A stretch of 64,000 bases of DNA, from positions 1,856,001-1,920,000 of the forward strand of contig OZ242008.1 of assembly GCA_965204735.1 (NCBI GenBank). The letters run 5' to 3'. Of the stretch, positions 55,964 through 64,000 are shown one piece after another. The translations under genes were made by a program, and so were the position numbers. Under the pieces are notes generated by a model, which was not told the origin of the DNA, did no database searches, and saw only the letters and a program-made list of their open reading frames with translations. Source of the DNA: Longimicrobiales bacterium. GTDB lineage: Bacteria; Gemmatimonadota; Gemmatimonadetes; Longimicrobiales; Gaopeijiaceae. Within the stretch, counting starts at the first letter, position 1. Every line of letters starts with the position of its first letter.

Positions 55964-57241
55964 ATGCCTACGTTCGTGGTCGCCGGCGGCCGCCGGCTGA
56001 GCGGATCCGTCCGACCAGCGGGGAACAAGAACGCCGCCTTGCCCGTCCTGGCGGCCACCCTCATGTCGGGAGAACGGGTCGTCGTTCGCAACGTGCCCCG
56101 AATCCGCGACGTGCTCACTCTGTTGGAGATCATGGAGTCGCTGGGGGCCCGCGTCGCCTGGACCGGCCCCAACGCCGTCGAGGTGAACGCCGCCGACGTG
56201 GCGGCCGAGCGGCCCGACCGGGCCCTGGCCGAGCGGATTCGCGCCTCCGTTCTCCTGGCCGGTCCCCTCCTGGCCCGCTTCGGCAAGGTCTCCCTCCCGC
56301 CTCCCGGGGGGGACGTGATCGGCCGCCGCCGACTGGACACCCACCTCTTGGCCTTTCAGGCCCTGGGCGGATCGGTGGACGCCTCCGGCGACCTGACGGT
56401 GGAAGCTCCGGTGCTGAGGGGCGCCGACGTCTTCCTGGACGAGCCGTCGGTCACCGCCACCGAGAACGCGGTCATGGCGGCGACGCTCGCCGAGGGCGAG
56501 ACCACGATCCGCAACGCCGCGGCGGAGCCCCACGTGCAGGACCTCTGCCGGCTCCTCAACGCCATGGGGGCGCGGGTCGGCGGCATCGGCAGCTCCACCT
56601 TGGTCGTGCACGGCGTGTCCGAGCTGGGCGCCGCCGACTTCGAGATCGGCTCCGACCACATCGAGACCGGGTCGTTCATCGGTCTGGCCGCCGTCACCAA
56701 GAGCCTGCTGGTGATCGAAGAGGCTCCGGTCGAGCACCTGGACTCGACCTTGCTGGGCTTCCGCCGGCTGGGCATCGAGTGCCGAGTCGACGGGCGAAAG
56801 CTGGTGGTCGACGGCCGCGCCACGCCCGAAGTCCGCATGGACGCCTTCGGACACGTGCCCAAGGTGGACGACGGGCCGTGGCCCGCGTTCCCCGCCGACC
56901 TCACCTCGATCGCTGTGGTGGCCGCCACCCAGGCCAGAGGATCGGTCCTGATCCACGAGAAGATGTTCGAGTCGCGGATGTTCTTCACCGACAAGCTGGT
57001 GAGCATGGGCGCCCGCATCATCCTCTGCGACCCGCACCGGGTGATCGTGATCGGACCCGCGGCGCTGCGCGGCGGCGTCGTGGAGAGCCCCGACATCCGG
57101 GCCGGCATGGCGATGCTCATCGCCGCCCTCGGCGCCCGCGGCACGAGCCGCATCCGCAACGCCGGCCAGATCGAGAGGGGCTACGAGCGGATCGACGAGC
57201 GGCTGGGAGCCCTTGGGGCCGAGATCGAGAGGATCGAGTAG
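55964..57241 (+). CDS. murA: UDP-N-acetylglucosamine 1-carboxyvinyltransferase
   Basis: GNKNAALP, RASVLLAGPLLAR, PPPGGDVIGRR (Asp at the usual Cys position) and IERGYE motifs. Confidence 0.96.
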   Translation: MPTFVVAGGRRLSGSVRPAGNKNAALPVLAATLMSGERVVVRNVPRIRDVLTLLEIMESLGARVAWTGPNAVEVNAADVAAERPDRALAERIRASVLLAGPLLARFGKVSLPPPGGDVIGRRRLDTHLLAFQALGGSVDASGDLTVEAPVLRGADVFLDEPSVTATENAVMAATLAEGETTIRNAAAEPHVQDLCRLLNAMGARVGGIGSSTLVVHGVSELGAADFEIGSDHIETGSFIGLAAVTKSLLVIEEAPVEHLDSTLLGFRRLGIECRVDGRKLVVDGRATPEVRMDAFGHVPKVDDGPWPAFPADLTSIAVVAATQARGSVLIHEKMFESRMFFTDKLVSMGARIILCDPHRVIVIGPAALRGGVVESPDIRAGMAMLIAALGARGTSRIRNAGQIERGYERIDERLGALGAEIERIE

Positions 57242-57313
57242 CCGGGGCTCGACTGCAAGCCCTTTTTCGGCTATCCTACTTGTGCTGGCGGGGCCGCTCG
57301 CGCGGTCCCTTGG

Positions 57314-57345
57314 AAGTGGGGGAGAGGGCGGCCCCTGCTTTTTTT
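57314..57345 (+). promoter_or_regulatory. rimP-leader-like hairpin plus U-tract (attenuator/terminator upstream of rimP-nusA)
   Basis: aagtggggg...cccctgctt followed by a T-run, just upstream of the rimP RBS. Confidence 0.6.
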
Positions 57346-57371
57346 GTCCCGTCTACCCGGGGGAGCAGCAC

Positions 57372-57884
57372 ATGGCGACAAGCCGCGACACGAAGCCGGA
57401 CCGGTTGGAGGTGCAGGCCCGAATGGAGGAACGGCTCTCCGGCCTGGGCTACGACTTGGTGCAGCTGGAGTGGGCGGGATCGTCGCGACGTCCCGTGCTG
57501 CGGCTGCGCATCGAGCGCTCCGCCCTCGACCGGCCCGTCTCCGTGGGAGACTGCACCAAGGTGAGCCGAATCCTTGAGCCCTGGCTGGAAGCCGAGGCCA
57601 AGATGCCGGGAAGGTACGTGCTGGAGGTCTCGTCGCCGGGCCTGAACCGACCCCTCGCAAAGGACCGGGACTTCGACCGGTTTCGAGGACGGCGCGTTGC
57701 GGTGAGGGGCCGAGAAGCGCTCTGCGGTCGGGCGCTCCGGCTGGAAGGAGAGCTGCTGGGCCTCGCGGGAGACGAGAACGGCGCCGCCGCGATCCGTCTG
57801 CGCCTGGGCGAGGGCGACGAAGTCGAAGTTCCCAGGTCGAAGGTGGAGGCCGCCCACTTGGTTCACCAATGGAGGACGCCATGA
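57372..57884 (+). CDS. rimP: Ribosome maturation factor RimP
   Basis: VGDCTKVSR and YVLEVSSPGLNRPL motifs. Confidence 0.95.
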   Translation: MATSRDTKPDRLEVQARMEERLSGLGYDLVQLEWAGSSRRPVLRLRIERSALDRPVSVGDCTKVSRILEPWLEAEAKMPGRYVLEVSSPGLNRPLAKDRDFDRFRGRRVAVRGREALCGRALRLEGELLGLAGDENGAAAIRLRLGEGDEVEVPRSKVEAAHLVHQWRTP

Positions 57885-59245
57885 TCGACTCGGGCCAGGT
57901 CCTTGCCGCTTTCCGCGAGATCGCCGCTTCCAAGAGCCTCGAGCCGGAGGAAGTCAACGAGCTGATCCGAGACGCGATCCACGCGGGCCTTGCGCGGATA
58001 TACGGTCCCAACGTCGATGCGGAGATCACGATCGACGACGTGGCGGGAGAGATCGAGATGGTCGTCCTCAAGCGCGTGGTCGAGGCGGTCGAGGACCCGG
58101 CGACGGAGACCTCCCTGGACGAAGCGCGCTGGGACGACGAGACGTACGAGGTCGGCGACGTGATGGAGATCCCCGTCGAGTTCTCGCAGTTCGGGCGCAA
58201 CGCCGTGACGGCGGCAAAGCAGCGGATCGTGCAGCTGGTCCGCGAAGGCGAGCGGCAGCGCATCCGCGACGAGTACTCGGGGCGAGTCGGCGAGCTTCTC
58301 TCGGGCCAAGTCCAGCAGATCGAACGGGGGAAGCTGGTCCTCATCCTGAACCGCTCGCGGGATGCCGAGGCGGTCATTCCGTGGAAGGAGCAGAATCCCC
58401 GCGAGCGCTTTCGCCAAGGCGAGTCGATCCGCGCCGTGCTCAAGAAGGTCGAGGAGACGACCCGCGGCCCGCGTCTGATCCTGTCGCGCGCCGATCCCCT
58501 CTTCGTGGCTTCGCTCTTCAAGCTCGAGGTGCCGGAGATCTACCAGGGAATCGTCGAGATCAAGGAGCTGACCAGGGAGGTGGGAGGAAGGACCAAGATC
58601 GCCGTCCACAGCCGGGACGAGTCGATCGACCCGGTGGGCGCCTGCGTGGGGCTGAAGGGCTCCCGCGTGCAGGCCGTGGTCTCGGAGCTCGGGGGCGAGA
58701 GGATCGACATCGTGCCGTGGCACCCCGAGCCCGAGATCTTCGCCCGTCGCGCGCTGGCGCCGGCGCGGGTGGCGAAGGTGGTCTCCGACGCGGAGCGTCA
58801 GGTGATCACCGCCATCGTGGACGAAGACCAGCTCTCGCTCGCAATCGGCAGGAACGGCCAGAACGTGCGCCTCGCTTCCCAGCTGATCGGCTGGCAGATC
58901 GACCTCTACGGCTCCCGGGAGTGGGTGGACAGAGGGTCGGACATGTCGATCTTCGCCGACGCCGGCGAGGAGTCCTACGAGACCTCCGACTTTCCGCTGA
59001 CCGAGCTGGCCCTGGACGACGGCACGCTGACGGCCCTCAAGGGAGCGGGCCACGACAGCTTCCGGGACATCATCGACTTGGGCCGGACCGACTTCCTGGC
59101 CATCGACGGCATCACCGAGGAAGCGGCCTTGGACCTGGTCGCCCTGGTCGACGAACTGACTGCCGTCGCCTCGAGTCCGGCCACGGCCGAAGGCGATCCG
59201 GCAGGCGCGGCGGCCGGCAGCGGCGAAGATGCGGACGGATCGTAG
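57881..59245 (+). CDS. nusA: Transcription termination factor NusA
   Basis: [25 protein letters not shown] and [14 protein letters not shown] motifs. Confidence 0.97.
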   Translation: MIDSGQVLAAFREIAASKSLEPEEVNELIRDAIHAGLARIYGPNVDAEITIDDVAGEIEMVVLKRVVEAVEDPATETSLDEARWDDETYEVGDVMEIPVEFSQFGRNAVTAAKQRIVQLVREGERQRIRDEYSGRVGELLSGQVQQIERGKLVLILNRSRDAEAVIPWKEQNPRERFRQGESIRAVLKKVEETTRGPRLILSRADPLFVASLFKLEVPEIYQGIVEIKELTREVGGRTKIAVHSRDESIDPVGACVGLKGSRVQAVVSELGGERIDIVPWHPEPEIFARRALAPARVAKVVSDAERQVITAIVDEDQLSLAIGRNGQNVRLASQLIGWQIDLYGSREWVDRGSDMSIFADAGEESYETSDFPLTELALDDGTLTALKGAGHDSFRDIIDLGRTDFLAIDGITEEAALDLVALVDELTAVASSPATAEGDPAGAAAGSGEDADGS

Positions 59246-59275
59246 GGCCGCGGGCACGCGAAGGAGGACGGCGCC

Positions 59276-62131
59276 GTGCGGGTGAAGGAGCTCGCGGTCG
59301 ACCTCAAGGTCGCGCCCGACATGCTGCTCCGGTTCCTGAGGGACTCCGGCGTTCGGGTCGGCAACCCCGACGCCCCCCTGGCCGACGCCGACGTGGCCCG
59401 GATCCGAACTCGCCTCGAGCGGGAGCGCAGGGCCGGGCGCGGGAGCGCGGCGGAGGTCATGAAGGCGGCGGTGCGGGCCAGCAAGCCGACGAGCCGTCGC
59501 CGTCGCCCGCCGCGCAGGTCCAAGGCGGGAGCGTCGGCGGCGCAGCGCAGCGCCCGCCGAGCCCCCGACGCCCAGCCGTCCGAGGCTCCTCCGGAGGCGG
59601 CCCCGACCGCGAGTGCGGCACCCGAAGCTGCCGCGCCCGAAGACGAGGCCGCGGCGCGCGCGGAAGCGGTCGCCCCGTCTGAAGCGGCTGCGCCCGTCGA
59701 CGGGGCGCCGAAGACCGAAGCCGCTCCCGCCGACGGCTCCGTCGCGTCCACCTCTTCCGAGGAAGCCGCGGCTCCGACCGAACCGCCTACGCCCGGTCCG
59801 CCGTCGGCCCGGCCGGGACGGGCCCAGCGGAAGGTCGAGACGGCGACCGAGGAGGAGTCCGCCAAGGAAGCCACCGATTCCGGGGCGGCAGCGGTTTCGG
59901 TCACGCCTTCGCCGCCCTCCGAGGGGCCGCGTCCGCCCTCGGAAAGTCCCTCCGCGCCGGAGGCCGGCGCCGCAGCTCCTCCTCCGCCTCCGCCGCAAGC
60001 CGCCGCGCCCGGCGCCGCTCTCCCGGCCGCCAGACCGGCGCCGGCGCGCGAAGGGGCCCCCAGGAAGCCTGCCCGCGTGGCCGACGGACCCAAGCCGGCC
60101 GCCAGCGCGGGACCGGGCGGCAAGGTGCGCATCCAGGCCGAGGGCTACACGTCCGACGGCCGCAAGAAGCAGAAGCGGAAGAAGGGCAGGCGCCGGCCGG
60201 CCGCGGACCGACTTGCCGCCAAGGAGAACGTCCAGCGGGTGCTGGCCGAGATCAAGGGCGGCCGCAAGAGAACGCGGAAGGGAAAGGCGGCGCTGGCGAC
60301 GGAAAAGGAGATGCGGGCCGCCGCCGAGGAGAGGGCCGCCGAAGCCCTCGCCGCCGAGGCCAAGCAAGTTCGGGTCAACGAGTACCTCACCGTCGCCGAG
60401 CTGGCCGAGCTGATCAAGACGCCGCCCACCGAGATCATCGGGTCGGCCTTCAGGAACATGGGCCTCATGGTGACGATCAACCAGCGTCTCGACTTCGACC
60501 AGATCGAGCTGCTGCTCGAAGGCTTCGGCTTCGTCGCCGTCCGAGAGACCGACTACGCCCCGGGGCCGGAGGCGCAGGACGAGGACGACCCGGCGGACCT
60601 CCGTCCCCGACCGCCGGTGGTCACGGTCATGGGGCACGTGGACCACGGCAAGACGCGACTGCTGGACCGGATTCGAGACACCAACGTCGTGGCGGGCGAG
60701 GCCGGTGGAATCACCCAGCACATCGGCGCCTACCACGTCGAGATGGAAGGGGACCGCACCATTTCCTTCTTGGACACGCCCGGCCACGCCGCCTTCACCG
60801 CCATGCGGGCCCGCGGCGCCGAGCTTACGGACTTGGTGGTGCTGGTCGTGGCGGCGGACGACGCGGTCATGCCCCAGACCGTGGAGGCGATCAGCCACGC
60901 GAAGAACGCCGGCGTGCCGATGGTGGTGGCGGTCAACAAGATCGACCTCCCCGCCGCCGACTCCGCCCGGGTGAAGCAGACCCTTCTGCAGCACGGCGTG
61001 ACCGCCGAGGAGTTCGGCGGCGACACCATGGTGGCCGAGGTGTCGGCCAAGACCGGCCAGGGAATGGACGACCTGCTGGAGAAGATCGTCCTCCAGGCCG
61101 AGCTGCTGGAGTTGACCGCCAACCCTGCGCGGGAGGCCGCGGGCACCATCGTCGAGGCCGAGCTGGACGTGGGGAAGGGACCCCTTGCGACGGTCCTGGT
61201 CCAGAAGGGCACGCTTCGGGTGGGCGACAGCTTCGTGGCGGGGCTGCACGACGGTCGCGTCCGAGCCCTCCTCGACGAGCGCGGCAACGCGGTGGACGAA
61301 GCGGGTCCGGGAATCCCGGTCCAGATACTTGGCTCGTCGGGCGTGCCGCGAGCCGGCGACGCCTTCCAGGTCATGGATTCGGTCGACGCCGCGTCGGTCG
61401 CCGGGGCCAGGCGGCGGCTGGATCGGGAGAAGCAGCTTCGGATCAAGGAGCAGGGCATCAATCTGGGCGACTTCTCGCAGCTGCTCGCCGCCGGCAAGAC
61501 CGGAGTCCTGCGGGTGGTCATCAAGGGCGACGTGGACGGCTCCGTGCAGGCGCTCTCCGACTCGCTGGAGCAGCTCTCCACCGACGAGGTTCGGGTCGAG
61601 ATCGTCCACAGGGGCGTAGGGGCCGTCAACGAGTCCGACGTGATGCTCGCCCTGACCGCGGGCGCCGTGATCATCGGCTTCCGGGTCCGTCCCGACACGG
61701 GCTCCCGCCAGTCGGCGGCCCGGAAGAAGGTGGACATCCGCATCTACGAGATCATCTACGAGGCTGTGGACGACGTGAAGAACGCCCTCGAAGGCCTCCT
61801 GGCGCCGGAGCGGCGGGAGAGCGTGGTGGGCGCGGCCGAGATCCGGGTCGTCTTCAAGATCAAGGGCGTGGGCACGATCGCGGGCAGCTTCGTCACCGAC
61901 GGGGTCATGCGTCGCAGCGGCCAAGCTCGGGTGATTCGCGACGGGGGCGTCGTCTACGAGGGCGAAGTCTCTTCCCTGAAGCGCTTCAAGGACGACGTGC
62001 GGGAGGTGAAGGAAGGCTTCGAGTGCGGCATCGGGATCGCCAACTTCAACGACGTGAAGGTGGGCGACGTGATCGAGACGTACCGCGTCGAGGAGTTCGC
62101 CCGCACCCTTGCCGTCGCGGGACAGAGCTGA
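59276..62131 (+). CDS. infB: Translation initiation factor IF-2
   Basis: [36 protein letters not shown] and SLKRFKDDV motifs. Confidence 0.98.
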   Translation: MRVKELAVDLKVAPDMLLRFLRDSGVRVGNPDAPLADADVARIRTRLERERRAGRGSAAEVMKAAVRASKPTSRRRRPPRRSKAGASAAQRSARRAPDAQPSEAPPEAAPTASAAPEAAAPEDEAAARAEAVAPSEAAAPVDGAPKTEAAPADGSVASTSSEEAAAPTEPPTPGPPSARPGRAQRKVETATEEESAKEATDSGAAAVSVTPSPPSEGPRPPSESPSAPEAGAAAPPPPPPQAAAPGAALPAARPAPAREGAPRKPARVADGPKPAASAGPGGKVRIQAEGYTSDGRKKQKRKKGRRRPAADRLAAKENVQRVLAEIKGGRKRTRKGKAALATEKEMRAAAEERAAEALAAEAKQVRVNEYLTVAELAELIKTPPTEIIGSAFRNMGLMVTINQRLDFDQIELLLEGFGFVAVRETDYAPGPEAQDEDDPADLRPRPPVVTVMGHVDHGKTRLLDRIRDTNVVAGEAGGITQHIGAYHVEMEGDRTISFLDTPGHAAFTAMRARGAELTDLVVLVVAADDAVMPQTVEAISHAKNAGVPMVVAVNKIDLPAADSARVKQTLLQHGVTAEEFGGDTMVAEVSAKTGQGMDDLLEKIVLQAELLELTANPAREAAGTIVEAELDVGKGPLATVLVQKGTLRVGDSFVAGLHDGRVRALLDERGNAVDEAGPGIPVQILGSSGVPRAGDAFQVMDSVDAASVAGARRRLDREKQLRIKEQGINLGDFSQLLAAGKTGVLRVVIKGDVDGSVQALSDSLEQLSTDEVRVEIVHRGVGAVNESDVMLALTAGAVIIGFRVRPDTGSRQSAARKKVDIRIYEIIYEAVDDVKNALEGLLAPERRESVVGAAEIRVVFKIKGVGTIAGSFVTDGVMRRSGQARVIRDGGVVYEGEVSSLKRFKDDVREVKEGFECGIGIANFNDVKVGDVIETYRVEEFARTLAVAGQS

Positions 62132-62147
62132 AGGCTCCTTCCCGGCG

Positions 62148-62426
62148 GTGGTCGTCACAGTGTCCACATGGGATCTGCTCCTCCCCGGCGCCGCGTCCCT
62201 CAAGGAGAAGAGGTCCGTCGTCCGTTCGCTCAAGGACCGCCTCGGCAGGATGAACGTGTCCGTGGTGGAGTCGGGCCTTCAGGACCAGCGCAATCGTGCC
62301 GTGCTTTCGGTCGCGTTCCTGGCGGCCCACAACTCGCAGGCCGACTCGGTCCTCGCCTCGGTGGACCGGCTCGTGGCCGACGCCCGAGGGGTCCGGGTCG
62401 CGGGAAGTTCCGTGGAGCGGTTCTGA
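62148..62426 (+). CDS. DUF503 family protein (YlxP-like)
   Basis: SLKEKRSVVRSLKDRL motif; conserved position between infB and rbfA. Confidence 0.85.
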   Translation: MVVTVSTWDLLLPGAASLKEKRSVVRSLKDRLGRMNVSVVESGLQDQRNRAVLSVAFLAAHNSQADSVLASVDRLVADARGVRVAGSSVERF

Positions 62427-62845
62427 TGTCGCGCCGTCGCGTTCGCCTAGGCGAGCAGCTGCGCCGGGAGCTGTCCACGAAGATCGCGACGATCGTGCGG
62501 GACCCGGGGGTGGGCCCGCTCGCAATCACCGACGTGGAGGTGACCGAGGACCTCTGGCTGGCCCGGGTCTACGTCGCGCCTCAAGGAACGCCGGAGGAGC
62601 AGGAGCGGACGATGACCGCCCTGGCCCGCTCCGCCTCTTTCCTGCGCTCGGTCTTGGCCCGGGAGCTCCGCGTGCGGAGGATGCCCGAGCTGCGCTTCCT
62701 GCGGGACGACTCCGCCGAGTCCGGGAGCCGGATCGAGCAGATCCTCAAGCAGGTGCTGCCGCGGGGGGCAGAGGCCTCGGGGCACGACGCGTCGGCGGAC
62801 GAGGCCCGGACGCTTGCGGAGGAGCCCCTGCCGACGGATCCTTGA
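62426..62845 (+). CDS. rbfA: Ribosome-binding factor A
   Basis: ITDVEVTEDLWLARVY and RRMPELRFLRD motifs. Confidence 0.94.
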   Translation: MSRRRVRLGEQLRRELSTKIATIVRDPGVGPLAITDVEVTEDLWLARVYVAPQGTPEEQERTMTALARSASFLRSVLARELRVRRMPELRFLRDDSAESGSRIEQILKQVLPRGAEASGHDASADEARTLAEEPLPTDP

Positions 62846-62862
62846 GCGGTCCGTCGCCCTCG

Positions 62863-63816
62863 ATGGGCATCCTCCTCGTGGACAAGCCGGCCGGTCCCAC
62901 GTCCCACGACGTGGTCGCCGTCGCCAGGCGGGCCCTCGGCGGCGTGAAGGTGGGGCACGCCGGAACCCTCGACCCCTTCGCCACCGGCCTGCTGGTCCTC
63001 GGGACGGGACGCGCCACTCGCCTGCTCGAGTACCTGGTGGGTCTCGACAAGGAGTACGACGCCGTTGCGCGCCTGGGCGCAGCCACCGACACCCACGACC
63101 ACCTGGGCGACCTCGTTTCGGAGGACGACTGCTGGCGGCAAGTCGACGAGGGACAGGTTCTGGCGGCAGCGAGGGAGCTGACCGGCGAACTTTCCCAGAC
63201 GCCGCCGTCCTACTCGGCGGTCAAGGTGCGGGGCGTACCGGCCCATCGGCGGGCTCGGCGCGGAGAAGACGTGCGCATCCCTGCGCGGACGGTGACGGTG
63301 CGCTCCTTCGACGTGCTGGCCGTGGAGCTGCCGGAAGTCCGCTTTCGGGTGGCGTGCACGAGCGGAACCTACGTTCGCAGCTTGGCAGCCGACTTTGGGG
63401 CCCACCTGGGCACCGGGTGCCACTTGACTGCGCTTCGCCGGACCCGGGTGGGCGCCATGGGCGTAGAGGCCGCTGCGTCGATCGAGAGCCTCAAGGCCGG
63501 CCGTCCTGCGGCCAAGGCCTGGGTGGCCCCGGCGGACGCCCTGGCGCACCTTCCTTGCGTGGAGGTCGCTCCCGAGGCAGTCGCGAAGCTGGCAAGGGGC
63601 CGAGAGGTTGCCGTCAAGCCCGCGACCGGCGGGCGGGCTGCGCTTGCGCCGAGCGTCGCTGGCGCGGAGTCCGTCGTCAAAGGTTCGGGCGGCGGCTTCG
63701 GCGCCGCTGCTCCACTCGCCCCGGTCGTCGGCTTGCGCTCCGACGGCGCGCTCGTGGCCGTGGGGGTCCTGGCGAACGGGACGCTGAAGCCGCGAAAGGT
63801 CTTCCTCCATGGATAG
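62863..63816 (+). CDS. truB: tRNA pseudouridine(55) synthase
   Basis: DKPAGPTSHDVV, KVGHAGTLDPFATG and GTYVRSLA motifs; alternative TTG start 62842. Confidence 0.97.
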   Translation: MGILLVDKPAGPTSHDVVAVARRALGGVKVGHAGTLDPFATGLLVLGTGRATRLLEYLVGLDKEYDAVARLGAATDTHDHLGDLVSEDDCWRQVDEGQVLAAARELTGELSQTPPSYSAVKVRGVPAHRRARRGEDVRIPARTVTVRSFDVLAVELPEVRFRVACTSGTYVRSLAADFGAHLGTGCHLTALRRTRVGAMGVEAAASIESLKAGRPAAKAWVAPADALAHLPCVEVAPEAVAKLARGREVAVKPATGGRAALAPSVAGAESVVKGSGGGFGAAAPLAPVVGLRSDGALVAVGVLANGTLKPRKVFLHG

Positions 63817-64000
63817 CTTGGGCTGCCGCGCCGAGTCCGCCGGAGCGGCCGGGGCGCTGCCCCGCGACGGCCTCCCCGTGGTCGCCACGGTCGGCGCCTT
63901 CGACGGCGTGCACGTGGGGCACCAAGCCGTCGTCCAGGAGATCGTGGACCGGGCCCGGTCCCAGGGCGGCCGAAGCGTGCTGGTCACCTTCGATCCTCAT
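63809..64000 (+). CDS. ribF: Riboflavin kinase/FAD synthetase, 5' part (runs off window)
   Basis: VGAFDGVHVGHQ and VLVTFDPH read in frame from ATG 63809. Confidence 0.9.
   Translation, partial: MDSLGCRAESAGAAGALPRDGLPVVATVGAFDGVHVGHQAVVQEIVDRARSQGGRSVLVTFDPH

Noticed and set aside
49850..57037. 2395-aa minus-strand ORF, and other long ORFs such as 23661-27518 (-), 57863-62233 (-) and 53125-57564 (+)
   Set aside because: Antisense or off-frame shadows of well-identified genes, expected in high-GC DNA with few stop codons; no recognisable motifs.

Overview
This is a high-GC bacterial chromosome segment. Gene content and order suggest Gemmatimonadota, which is an inference. Most of it is core genes: the end of the nuo operon (nuoG partial, nuoH-N), a phosphomannomutase, a TolC/MacA/two-permease/bshB1 operon, an NtrY-like kinase, a three-gene transhydrogenase, comM/yifB, a cysteine desulfurase-like enzyme, a sigma-54 response regulator, a sigma-70 factor, rplM-rpsI-rpsB-tsf-pyrH-frr-uppS-cdsA-dxr-rseP, sugar-nucleotide genes, serS, uvrD/pcrA, murA and rimP-nusA-infB-DUF503-rbfA-truB-ribF (partial). 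Two accessory elements stand out. (1) A ~5.9 kb insert (10652-16522) between the phosphomannomutase and bshB1 genes encodes three beta-propeller-like exported proteins (one split by compensating frameshifts), a CxxC thioredoxin-fold lipoprotein and three paralogous small secreted precursors. The precursors share a basic/hydrophobic leader, an A-x-A|Q junction (AEAQ, VEAAAQ, VEATAQ) and a variable core carrying C-x3-C-x4-6-CC. This is a candidate undescribed disulfide-rich peptide system and the main finding. (2) A complete 1860-bp IS1202/ISNCY-type insertion sequence with a perfect 16-bp target-site duplication sits between the sigma factor stop codon and the rplM promoter. I saw no tRNA, rRNA or CRISPR array. 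All calls come from reading the sequence and recognising motifs; no database searches were run.
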